Made by a program: the position numbers and the translations under genes
Shown: one piece after another, positions 24,572 through 34,692 of the stretch
Position numbering within the stretch: the first letter of the stretch is position 1
Layout: each line of letters begins with the position of its first letter
The notes under the pieces: generated by a model
The model's database searches: none
The model's input: the letters and a program-made list of their open reading frames with translations, nothing else
Told to the model about the DNA's origin: nothing
Origin: Laetmonice hystrix
Taxonomy: Eukaryota
Assembly: GCA_965235115.1 (NCBI GenBank)
Contig: OZ249440.1
Location: 33,668,001-33,732,000 of the forward strand
Direction: 5' to 3'
DNA: 64,000 bases

Positions 24572-26223
24572 GAGGCAAACTTGTTAATTTGAGCATTCAG
24601 TCTGGAAGCGAAAAGGTCTATGTCCGGCTGTCCCCACTTTTCACAAATCAAAGTAAATATCTGTCTATCTAACATCCACTCCGTCCTGTCATTCTGTTTC
24701 CGAGATTCCGAGTCAGCTGCTGTGTTAAATTTGCCCGGCAAGTGACAGGCAGAGAGCCAGGTGTCATGCGCTTTACACCAAGACCAAATGTCTTTGGCAA
24801 TGTCATTACAGGTAACCGATTTTGAGGAACCCATATGAACCAAGTTGGCTACAGCAGTGGTGTTGTCTGATTTTACAAGGACATGAGCCCCCGAGACCGT
24901 GTCTTTGAAGGCCTGTAATGCCAACTTCACTGCTAACAGTTCCAGTGCATTTATATTCCGCTTGTACCTCGAGGACTCCTCCACTGAGAAGTTTCCCCCT
25001 GTAGTGTCACTTCCACACCTGGCACCCCAACCAGTTAAGCTGGCGTCTGTCTCTATAGTCACTGTAGGGGAACCTTTATCTAATTTACTGAGTGTGTATC
25101 TCGCGTTATGATACCACCAGTCTAACTCTGCTTTCATGGTATCTGTGAGCTGCATTGAAGCTTCATAGTTCCCCCTATTAAGCTGTACCGCCTCTGATTT
25201 TCCTCTCTCAAGGTCCCGGTAGTGTAATGGCCCATAATCTGCTGCTGGGAAAGCTGCAACTAACTTGCCTATCACCTTGGCCACGTCTCTGATTTTTGCT
25301 GTGTCTCTAGTCATCAAATCCTGACAAAGCTGGGCAAGCTTGTCTGCCTTCTCCTGTGTTAAGGTGACCGTCATCTTAATAGAGTCTATGCAATAACCGA
25401 GGACCTTAACTGTCTGAGCTGGGCGAGTCATTGATTTTCCCGGGTGTATGATGAACCCCAGTTTCTCAGCGAGATGTTTTACCGCACGCATGCTACTCGC
25501 ACATCCATGTTCAGAGCTGTGCTGAATATAGATGTCGTCAATATATGAGGAGACCGTGTGTCCTTCTGACCTTAGTGACGCCAACATGGGCTTACAGATT
25601 TTGGTGAAAAGTCTAGGAGCACTAGTTAGGCCGTTTGGCAGACATGTGAACTGATAAAGATGCCCATTCCAACTAAACCGGAGGAGGGGTTGATGGTCAG
25701 GGTGCACAGGTACCATATAAAATGCATCCTTAAGGTCCAATGTGGCCATGAAACAATCCTTTTTCACTAGTGCAAGGACAGAACGCAAGGTGTCCATCTT
25801 GAATTTGCGGTACAAAACACTTTTGTTTAACTTTTTCAAGTTCAAAATCATCCTGTAAGTACCATCTTTTTTCTCCCTGAGAAAAATAGGGGAAACATAT
25901 TCGCCCCGGGTGTGTTGCACCCTCACAACTACCCCTTTCTGTACCAGTTTTTGCACCTCTGCTGTGAGAATGGCATGTTCTTCAGAGGTTGTCTTGTAAG
26001 GGTAGACAGGTCGTGTCTGCATAGGGGCCCCGTCTTCCCCCCATTCGATCTGCACTCCAGAAACCATGTTCAAGATAGTTTTGTCACTGGTTATTGTTTG
26101 CCATTCGGGGAGATGGGCACCCAGCCTCCCGGCAATCTTAGAATTATCGGCCTGAATGAGGTGAATGGGAGGAATTGGTGATGCACGCACCTTTAGTGTC
26201 CCCTCTTGGTGGTTGTCCCTCAC
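24094..26223 (-). CDS. pol: DIRS ORF2: RT, RNase H and DAM-like methyltransferase domain
   Basis: RMILNLKKLN, LDLKDAFY, LPNGLTSAPRLFTK, YIDD; TDASLTGWG, INALELLA, SDNTTAV; IDLFASRLN, VDAF, FPPF, PAWPTQPWF. Confidence 0.95.
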   Translation of the reverse strand: MRDNHQEGTLKVRASPIPPIHLIQADNSKIAGRLGAHLPEWQTITSDKTILNMVSGVQIEWGEDGAPMQTRPVYPYKTTSEEHAILTAEVQKLVQKGVVVRVQHTRGEYVSPIFLREKKDGTYRMILNLKKLNKSVLYRKFKMDTLRSVLALVKKDCFMATLDLKDAFYMVPVHPDHQPLLRFSWNGHLYQFTCLPNGLTSAPRLFTKICKPMLASLRSEGHTVSSYIDDIYIQHSSEHGCASSMRAVKHLAEKLGFIIHPGKSMTRPAQTVKVLGYCIDSIKMTVTLTQEKADKLAQLCQDLMTRDTAKIRDVAKVIGKLVAAFPAADYGPLHYRDLERGKSEAVQLNRGNYEASMQLTDTMKAELDWWYHNARYTLSKLDKGSPTVTIETDASLTGWGARCGSDTTGGNFSVEESSRYKRNINALELLAVKLALQAFKDTVSGAHVLVKSDNTTAVANLVHMGSSKSVTCNDIAKDIWSWCKAHDTWLSACHLPGKFNTAADSESRKQNDRTEWMLDRQIFTLICEKWGQPDIDLFASRLNAQINKFASWKPDPNAFHVDAFTMNWYPSHVFCFPPFSLISRTLQKFHSDSARGIIIVPAWPTQPWFSECMRMLIDNPLILPKDKGLLTLPYKPALVHPLWPKLTLLACRVSGREWESLEFRRMLPNSSWTAKEPAHTSSMKAVSNAGLHIAVDGKSIPFIHLSRRS

Positions 26224-27548
26224 TTCTGGCCCTGGTAGGGTCTGCGATTGCTGTAGGCGCTTGGCCCGTCTTTCCCAAAAAAAGGCCTGGGGCGTTTGTT
26301 GTAGGCGAAAGGGTGGCGAGCGAGGGGGCTTGAATATGCCATGCCGCGTCCTCTTCCAGAATGTGCCGAGAACTTGTGTTTTCCAAGTGGTCCTTTCTTT
26401 GGGAAGCGTAGCTTGTTTGCTTCCTCAATGTCTTTTAGTGTTTGGGCAATGTTGTCTCCAAACAACTTGTCAGTGAAGGGGGTTTTTTCCCTGCACAAGT
26501 CCTTGAATTTGGCTGGGACTTCAGATTTGAGCAAGTCACGTCTCCGCATGACAGTGTGCCAGTTGGCTGCAGCCATGCAAGACAAACCATCCTGCAAGTA
26601 GGTAAGCAGCTGGTTGACACCATCCGGATGCATGGTGAGCGTGTTCGTTTCCTCATCAACACCACTGATAACCAGGTTAACGGCAACGGCCTCAGCCAAA
26701 CGTGTCGTACCTTTCAAAATGCCGCGCTGAATCCACTGCATTTTGGCATCAAACGTCTGGGTCTGTGCGCCTAGAGAAGCCCACACCTCCTCATTGCAAG
26801 GTACCTCGGCAAGGCCGGCGCAATTACCCGGCGGCAGAATATCAGCATAGAGTTCCTTCTCAGTGCAATCGGTGGGCTTCTGCCGCATCATGTCTGACAA
26901 CACCGACGCCAAGTCAGGGTCAATGTCCGGCCCCTGAGGTTTATCCCTGTTTGAACGCTGCACCAGTCCATGCTTGAAGCGCTTAACTGCGTTCGTTTCA
27001 CGATCAAGGCTGTCTTCCTGACCACGTTTGAGTGACGAGTCAGCTCCCTCGCTCTCTCCATCGGAGTGCCTCGCATCTCCATCGCACGCTCGTCCACGTG
27101 TGCCTGGCCTCGATGGCCTGTCGGACAAGGCTTCGGGGTTGGGCTCCTCGGGCTCCTCGTCCCAGTCGGCCTCCGCTCCCGCGGCACCCAGCGAAGTCGA
27201 CAGCACATCGGTAAGCCTGTCGAATTTATTCTCCAAAGAGACATTCAGCTGGCCCAAGCTCGTTCCAATCGCTTTCGCGATGGCTGTGGTGAGGTCCTCC
27301 ACACGGAAAGACTGTGATCGGGATCCCGAAGTCGAAGCCGACTTGCTTCCCGGCTGATCGTGTGCGCTCGTGGCAGCGGGGTCCGTTCGCTGCGTGCTTT
27401 TCACGCCAACCTTGTCGCTGCTCTCGTGGAGTCGGGCCGAATCCCCAGCATCAGCGATGCCATCCGAAGCCGCAGATTTCGAAGGTAACTGGCCATTTTC
27501 TCCTTTCCTGGCCGAACGGTTTTTGTCGGTCGATGAACCACCAGCCAT
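26220..27548 (-). CDS. gag: DIRS ORF1 (gag-like)
   Basis: First ORF of the element, 442 aa, P.NC..L..V.CNEEVW, RRRDLLK, LFGDN motifs typical of DIRS ORF1; overlaps ORF2. Confidence 0.85.
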   Translation of the reverse strand: MAGGSSTDKNRSARKGENGQLPSKSAASDGIADAGDSARLHESSDKVGVKSTQRTDPAATSAHDQPGSKSASTSGSRSQSFRVEDLTTAIAKAIGTSLGQLNVSLENKFDRLTDVLSTSLGAAGAEADWDEEPEEPNPEALSDRPSRPGTRGRACDGDARHSDGESEGADSSLKRGQEDSLDRETNAVKRFKHGLVQRSNRDKPQGPDIDPDLASVLSDMMRQKPTDCTEKELYADILPPGNCAGLAEVPCNEEVWASLGAQTQTFDAKMQWIQRGILKGTTRLAEAVAVNLVISGVDEETNTLTMHPDGVNQLLTYLQDGLSCMAAANWHTVMRRRDLLKSEVPAKFKDLCREKTPFTDKLFGDNIAQTLKDIEEANKLRFPKKGPLGKHKFSAHSGRGRGMAYSSPLARHPFAYNKRPRPFFGKDGPSAYSNRRPYQGQK

Positions 27549-28265
27549 AGTCTAAGTTCTGTCGGTAGTGACCGAACAACAAGGCCGACTCACCACGTGA
27601 GTGGCTTCAATCCCCACGTGTTCAGGTCGTCGACAACCCACAGCGTGAGCGTCGTAAAGAATGGCTGGACAGCGTCCAAACCCAAAACGTCCGTAAACAG
27701 ACCACTGAGGATCTGTACTATACAACCCACACGGGAATAGTGATGACAATAAGGAACACGGGGTAAAGAACAAACTTTCGTCGGAGAAAAAAACCGAAGA
27801 CGACCGTGTACAAAATGGCGTTGAACCAACATGACCGCGCAGGCGCAGAACCGAATCTCACGGAATCACGTACAACACGAGACCACAGGATAGAATCAAT
27901 TGTCATGGTGTGGAAGTCGTCTGTCTGACGGGAATTCATATGATGTTAGGGAATACTGAGTGCTGTTGTTAGGCTGAGACTGTCAGCCATTGTTATGATT
28001 ATTTGTTCCTGATTGACCTGAATGCTGTGTATACTGCAAGGTTTATTTTCCAATAAACATAAACCACCGTGTTTTTAACCTGACCACAGACTCTCCTCGC
28101 TTTGGATTTGCTGGGATTAGCCATTATTATTTATTATTCTTAATGACCCTCGTGCCAGTCCTGACAAACCGGCCTTCATTATTATCCGTCATTATCATTT
28201 GCAGCTAACTCTGAAAGTAAAACTCCCAGTGTATTCGTAAACATCCTCCGACACGTCACATTTTT

Positions 28266-28283
28266 TGGTGTCAGAAGTGGGAT
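28266..28283 (+). promoter_or_regulatory. Primer-binding site, tRNA-Leu
   Basis: TGGTGTCAGAAGTGGGAT just after the 5' LTR, complementary to the tRNA-Leu(CAA) 3' end. Confidence 0.9.
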
Positions 28284-28517
28284 CTACAGTTGGCGTTCTG
28301 CAGCGACCATCCATGACTGGGGAGCCATTAATAGTAGATCTGGAGCCCACCGTGTGGAGGATGTAAATAAGTGCAGTGGAGCGGAAAGCAGAAATTTATT
28401 GCAGTGCAGTGGCGACTGGAGCGGAAAGCAGAAATTTTTTTTTTAGCGCAGTGTAGCAGCAAGCGGGAAATTTTATTGTAGTGCAGCGGACTGTGGAGCA
28501 GAAAGCGGAAATTTTAT

Positions 28518-29280
28518 TGCAGATTTTTGCTGTGTATCCAGGTAGCAGTGCGGATAGCAGATAAATTTTGTGGGATGTCCAGGTAGCTGTGCAGATTTTT
28601 GCTGTGTATCCAGGTAGCAGTGCAGATAGCAGATAAATTTTTGTGGGATGTCCAGGTAGCTGTGCAGATTTTTGCTGTGTATCCAGGTAGCAGTGCAGAT
28701 AGCAGATAAATTTTGTGGGATGTCCAGGTAGCTGTGCAGATTTTTGCTGTGTATCCAGGTAGCAGTGCAGATAGCAGATAAATTTTTGTGGGATGTCCAG
28801 GTAGCTGTGCAGATTTTTGCTGTGTATCCAGGTAGCAGTGCGGATAGCAGATAAATTTTGTGGGATGTCCAGGTAGCTGTGCAGATTTTTGCTGTGTATC
28901 CAGGTAGCAGTGCAGATAGTAGATAAATTTTGTGGGATGTCCAGGTAGCTGTGCAGATTTTTGCTTGTATCCAGGTAGCAGTGCGGATAGCAGATAAATT
29001 TTGTGGGATGTCCAGGTAGCTGTGCAGATTTTTGCTGTGTATCCAGGTAGCAGTGCAGATAGCAGATAAATTTTGTGGGATGTCCGGGTAGCTGTGCAGA
29101 TTTTTGCTGTGTATCCAGGTAGCAGTGCAGATAGCAGATAAATTTTGTGGGATGTCCAGGTAGCTGTGCAGATTTTTGCTGTGTATCCAGGTAGCAGTGT
29201 AGATAGCAGATAATTTTTGTGGGATGTCCAGGTAGCTGTGCAGATTTTTGCTGTGTATCCAGGTAGCAGTGGATAGTAGA
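28518..29280 (+). repeat. ~10.5 copies of a 72-bp tandem repeat in the Gypsy-1 5' UTR
   Basis: Unit tgcagatttttgctgtgtatccaggtagcagtgcagatagcagataaattttgtgggatgtccaggtagctg, built from two related subunits. Confidence 0.95.
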
Positions 29281-29409
29281 AAATTTTAGTGTATCCAGAG
29301 TCCAGACCTGTAGCAATTCAGGACAAAAATACAAGCAGTGATCATAAAAACTTATTTTGCGTGGTAGCGACGGCAGTTCTCAGTATATTTCCAGTGCAGT
29401 TGAGGCAGG

Positions 29410-30843
29410 ATGACAGAAGTTTATCGGAGTGAAGCAAATTTGTTGGTGGACCACGGGGGTGCTGCTTTAGCAAGGCTGGGGGGTCGGACTGAACCCAGCG
29501 TCCCAGGCGTAGTGGCCACCATGTCAAACAAAAGTCAGATATGTAGCACTACAGTCATTGGTAGTGTCGCGAGTGACAGAGCTACATGCGGGGAGACAAA
29601 CACAACACAGGTGCTGTCGACAGTGTCAACTCCTAGGTGTTATCCAGATGAGCCAGCAGCCGCATTTCATAACTCAGATCCCGAGATACAATTCAACTTT
29701 AAATCTACACCAGTTCCTGAGGGTCGCCGGAGAGAGCAGCAGTTCCAGGGAGATAGTTACTCCAGTGGAGACCACCTGTTGAAGCAGTATCCACCCCAGA
29801 TTAGTGCAGGAGACCAGGGTTGTGCGTGGGGTGATCATCAGGAAGGGCGCAGGCTAGCTGAGGTCCAGGGGTTGCCGCCAGTTAGTCACGAGAATCCACA
29901 CACAGGTTATTACCAGCCCAGGGCTGGGCAGTGGGGTAGACACCATGATGCTGCGGGAGATGGCCAGCAGGGACGAAAGCGTATCAAAGAAGCAGCCACT
30001 TTTGATGGTAAAAGCAGTTGGCGTGATTATCTGGTCCAGTTTGAGATTGTTGCCGAAATGAATGGCTGGAGTGATTACACCAGGGCGGTTGAGTTGGCGA
30101 CAAATTTACGGGGTGCAGCTCAGGGAGTCCTCAGTGATCTGGAGCCGTGGGAGAGGAAAAGTTATTCCAGTCTTGTTCATGCCCTCACCAGTCGCTTTGA
30201 ACCAAATAACCAGTCAGAACTTTTCCGTGCGCAGCTGAAGAATCGATTCCGGAGGAAAATGGAGCCGTTACCTGAATTTGCACAGGAGGTTAAGGGGCTA
30301 GTAAGAAAGGCATATCCACAAGCTGCCAGGGAGACCCGTGAGTACATAGCCAAAAGTCATTTTATAGATGCGCTGAATGATGGCAACATGGAGTGGGCGG
30401 TATTCCAGGGTCAGCCGGGAACAGTGGATGAGGCTGTTCGGCTCGTGTTAGAGTTTGAGGTGTTCAGATCCGTTAGAAGACGCAGCCATGATGTGAGGAT
30501 GGTGAGTGGGCGCTCGGATGCTGAGCCAAAGCGTGACTCACGGGCTGATCCCGTTATGCGGGAAATCCTGGCTAGGTTGGCGCGTCTGGAGGACAATCGT
30601 CAGGAGCACAACAACAGCAGAAGTCAGGTCCGATCCAGTAATCCTAGCTCGGGTGGTTGTTACAACTGTGGGGGTACAGATCACTGGAGGAGAGACTGTA
30701 AGCAGTACCGACCAGCAGGACGAGGTGGATCACAGTGTTCCAGTCAGTTCCCTAGCAATCCAGGTTATCATCCACATAGCAGACCAGCAGGGCCGAGGCA
30801 GGCACCAAATTTCCAGTCTAGGCAGTCGGGAAACTTTCAGTAG
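29410..30843 (+). CDS. gag: Gypsy-1 Gag
   Basis: FDGKSSWRDYLVQFEIVAEMNGW, LATNLRGAAQ, HFIDAL, CYNCGGTDHWRRDC knuckle. Confidence 0.93.
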   Translation: MTEVYRSEANLLVDHGGAALARLGGRTEPSVPGVVATMSNKSQICSTTVIGSVASDRATCGETNTTQVLSTVSTPRCYPDEPAAAFHNSDPEIQFNFKSTPVPEGRRREQQFQGDSYSSGDHLLKQYPPQISAGDQGCAWGDHQEGRRLAEVQGLPPVSHENPHTGYYQPRAGQWGRHHDAAGDGQQGRKRIKEAATFDGKSSWRDYLVQFEIVAEMNGWSDYTRAVELATNLRGAAQGVLSDLEPWERKSYSSLVHALTSRFEPNNQSELFRAQLKNRFRRKMEPLPEFAQEVKGLVRKAYPQAARETREYIAKSHFIDALNDGNMEWAVFQGQPGTVDEAVRLVLEFEVFRSVRRRSHDVRMVSGRSDAEPKRDSRADPVMREILARLARLEDNRQEHNNSRSQVRSSNPSSGGCYNCGGTDHWRRDCKQYRPAGRGGSQCSSQFPSNPGYHPHSRPAGPRQAPNFQSRQSGNFQ

Positions 30844-30870
30844 CTGGGACTGAGGGTCGGGTGCCAGCTG
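30828..30870 (+). promoter_or_regulatory. Putative -1 ribosomal frameshift signal (G GGA AAC + stem-loop)
   Basis: Heptamer is in the correct gag phase 2 codons before TAG; the -1 frame reads LSVAGTEGRVPAVRD into the protease; downstream AGCTGG/CCAGCT stem. Confidence 0.8.
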
Positions 30871-33800
30871 TCCGTGATTCAGGTAGTCAGGAAAGATCCA
30901 ACAGTGATTCTAGCAGTGGGCCAAGCAGTAATTCTGGAGGGATGTCCAGCTTAGATGACGGCGCCTACAAAAGACCAACAAAGCATGATGGGTTATTCAT
31001 TGAAGTAGAAATTGCAGGTGTACAGGTCAATTGTCTGCTTGATACCGGGGCGTCTGTGACCTTAATACATCCCCAAAAGTATTATGATATTCCTATCGAG
31101 AGGAGACCACCATTACAGGCAGGTGGGGAAGCAGTCAGAGTAGCAGATGGGGGCAAGGTATATCCCTTAGGCCAGGTAACCATACCCTTCAAGATGGCAG
31201 ATGGACAGGTGTTGATGCAGGAAGTGTTGGTCGTGGACATGGACCCTCCAGGGATAATTGGGTGTGACTTTTTCTTTCAACACCATTGTAAACTAGATGC
31301 TGGCGACCTGACTCTGACGGTGAATGGGAAGGTGTTGCAATGTAAATTGGAGAGTCAGGTACCATCATTGTTCCGGATACAGCTGCAGTCAACCACTGTT
31401 GTTCCTCCTAGGTGTGAGAAGATATTAGCTGGGGTTATAGAGGGACGTAGGCCCGATTTATCTTGCGCAATGGTGGAACCTACCGTGAAATTTTCGCAGA
31501 AGCAACCTGTGGTCGTGGCTAAGGCGCTCGTAGATGCAAGGCAGGATAGCGTTCCAGTGCGGGTCGTGAACTTATCCAATGAGCAGGAACCATCTATAAG
31601 GGCACAGCGCTCGGGATGTGTGAGGCAGCTCAGGCAGTATCTCCTGTAACGGAAGAAGGCAGAAATGTTAAACCACGAGTAGGGAAGTTGTCACCAGTCG
31701 CCACAGAAACCAGTACTGAGGGTATCCCTGAACATTTGTTACCAGTTTGGGAGAAATGCAAAGCAAATTTAGATCCGGAGCAGCAGGGGCAGGTGAAGCA
31801 GTTTTTGTTGAACGTGCAGGGTGCTTTTGCTCGATCAAAACATGATTTAGGTCGTACAAGCATTATTCAGCATCGCATAAATACTGGCGATGCGACCCCA
31901 GTTAAGCAGGCTGTTAGGAGGAGACCCCTGTCCCAACAAGCAGCAGAGAGGGAGGAAATTGAGATGATGCTGGATAAAGGGGTAATAGAACCGTCTATGA
32001 GCCCTTGGGCCAGCCCGATTGTGTTGGTTTCTAAACGAGATGGATCTTTACGTTTCTGTATCGATTTTCGAAGGGTTAACACGCTTACCTGGAAAGATTC
32101 ATATCCACTCCCGCGCATTCAGGACTCCTTTGATGCGCTGAAAGGGTCATCCTGGTACTCTTGCTTGGACCTTTTTTCCGGATTCTGGCAGGTTGAAGTC
32201 CATCCAGACGATAGAGAGAAGACCGCCTTTGCGTCTAAGTGTGGGTTCTTCCAGTTCAAAGTAATGCCTTTTGGACTCTGCAATGCCCCGGCCACATTTG
32301 AGCGTCTGATGGAGTGCGTTCTTTGCGGGTTGCAGTGGGAAACATGTCTGATTTATCTGGACGACGCGATTGTGTATGCAGACACATTTGAGAATCACTT
32401 GGTGAGGCTAGCTGAGGTAATCCAGAGGTTGCAGAGTGTTGGTCTGAAGTTATCTCCCAAGAAATGTAACCTATTTCAGCACAAGGTCGAATTTTTGGGA
32501 CATGTGGTGTCACAGGAGGGTGTAGCAACCGATCCCAAAAAGGTGGAAGCAGTCGTGAATTGGCCCCAGCCGAAGTCTGTGCATGATGTTCGCAGTTTTG
32601 TTGGGTTGTGTTTATATTATAGGCGTTTTGTACAAGGCTTCGCGCAGGTGGCCAAACCCTTGCACCGGTTGACTGAGGCAAATGCAGTGTTTGAGTGGTC
32701 AGAGGCGTGTCAGGAGGCGTTCACAAAATTAAAAGAAGCATTGACTGCTGCACCAGTGTTAGCTTATCCCTCCAATGCTGATGGGTATGTGTTAGACACA
32801 GATGCTAGTGGAACCGGTGTAGGTGCAGTGTTATCTGTTGTAGAGGGAAAGCAGGAACGTCCGGTGGCATATTTCAGCAGGACACTGTCTCGTCAGGAGA
32901 GGAACTATTGTGTGACCCGACGCGAGTTGTTGGCGATTGTATGTGCTGTGAAACATTTCCATCACTACTTGTATGGTAGGGAGTTCCGGGTTCGGACTGA
33001 CCATGGGGCCCTGACGTGGCTAATGAACTTCAAGAATCCAGAGGGGCAAATGGCCAGGTGGCTGGAGGTACTGGGAACCTACAATTTTTCGATCCAGCAC
33101 CGTGCAGGTTTGAAGCATGGAAATGCAGATGGCCTGTCCCGTAGGCCCTGCTCCTCATGTCAACATTGTTCAAAGCAGGAGGAGCGGTTTGCGGCAGTAG
33201 TAGATCCAGTAGGAAGTAGTCCTGATCTCGTTGAGGCAGAGGCAGTGCCATGTGGTAAAGTCAGAGCTGTGACTAGGAGGCAGAGTCGTGTAAAGTCTAC
33301 AGATTGTGTGCACGAGGTTGCGTCATGGTATTCCTCTAGGTCGGTTACAGACTGGCAGTCGGAGCAGATGCAGGATCCAGTTTTGTGCAGGGTAGTTGAA
33401 TGGAAGGAGGCAGGTGTTAGGCCCCCTTGGGCTGATATATCTCAGTCCTCAGTTGAAGGCATACTGGGCTCAGTGGGAGCGCTTGTATCTGAGAGATGGA
33501 ATTTTGTGTCGGAAGTGGTACCTGGAGGGCAGTTCCCGGGTAGTTTGGCAGCGTGTCGTGCCGGAAACCTGGAAAGAGGACATTCTTCGTGGCATACATA
33601 ATGCTGTAGGTGGTGGACATCTTGGTGTTAAAAAGACTCTGGCTAAGCTGAGGGATCGTGTCTATTGGGTCAGATTGAAGTCAAGTGTCTTGGATTGGTG
33701 TAGGAGGTGTCAGGCATGTCAGGCACGTAAAGCGCCCCAGATGAAGTATAGAAGTCCAATGAAACAGTACCTGGTTGGTGGTGCCTTGGAGAGAGTCGCT

Positions 33801-34625
33801 CTGGATATTCTAGGTCCACTGCCTGAAACCTGTAGGGGCAACAAGTACATATTAGTGGTGTCAGATTACTTCACCCGTTGGGTTGAGGCATATCCTCTCC
33901 CAAATCAGGAAGCTTGGACTGTAACAAGGGTTCTGGTGCAGGAGTTTATTTGTCGTTATGGGGTGCCACTCCAGATTCACACAGATCAGGGCAGGCAGTT
34001 TGAGTCAACAATGTTCCAGGAAATATGTCAGGTGTTGGGGATTGATAAGACTAGGACATCTCCCTTCCACCCCCAAAGTGATGGGTTGGTTGAGCGTTTC
34101 AACCAAACCCTCGAGGCAATGCTAAGTAAGGTAGTGAGGGAAGATCAGGCGGATTGGGATGAGCAGATACCCTTGGTGATGCTTGCTTACAGGTCAGCTG
34201 TGCAGGAAAGTACCGGACACTCACCATGTAGGATGCTGATGGGGAGGGAGGTGAGACTCCCAGTTGATTTATTGTTGGGGCCGTCCCCAGATGAACCACA
34301 AGAGGACGTGGGCGTTTTCGCAGAGGACCTTCAAGACAATTTGTGGCACATCCATGATGTGGCACGTAAAGCGATGCAGAGTGCCAGTGACCGTCGGAAG
34401 CGGATGTATGACATCAAGGCGAATGCCCAGTCATATGAACGGGGTGATACAGTTTGGCTGCACGACAGCACTAGGAGGGTGGGGATATCCCCCAAGTTAC
34501 AGAAACCCTGGGTGGGTCCCTTTCAGGTGATGGAGAGGCTGTCTGATTTAGTTTATAAGGTGCAGCGTGCAGGAGGCCGACCCAAGGTTGTACACCATGA
34601 CCGACTTAAACCCTGTTACCCTTAA
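30834..34625 (+). pseudogene. pol: Gypsy-1 Pol (PR, RT, RNase H, IN) with two frameshifts (~31590, ~33445)
   Basis: LDTGAS; SPWASPIVLV, FCIDFRRVN, YLDD; TDASGTG, TDHGAL; H..GGHLG...CQAC, DILGPLP, TDQGRQF, HPQSDGLVER, GPF. Confidence 0.95.
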
Positions 34626-34692
34626 TTTGTTGGACCTTGGTAAAAGTCTTAACCATGTGGGTTTTTTTTATTTTGATTACCAGAAATCCAGT

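Larger units (their letters stand above)
22667..27896 (-). mobile_element. Apparently intact DIRS1-type tyrosine-recombinase retrotransposon
   Basis: Three overlapping uninterrupted ORFs, imperfect ITRs, internal complementary region; AAT at both ends; empty site visible in the 3' LTR (gaaaaaat^caattgtc). Confidence 0.97.
21979..28260 (+). repeat. Gypsy-1 5' LTR (21979-22669 + 27897-28260)
   Basis: Collinear with 38503-39588 once the DIRS is removed; several small indels; TATA-like TATAAATA at ~22457; AATAAA at ~28052. Confidence 0.95.

Noticed and set aside
28396..29334. 312-aa minus-strand ORF with Cys/His repeats
   Set aside because: Translation of the 72-bp tandem array; switches frame at single-base indels.
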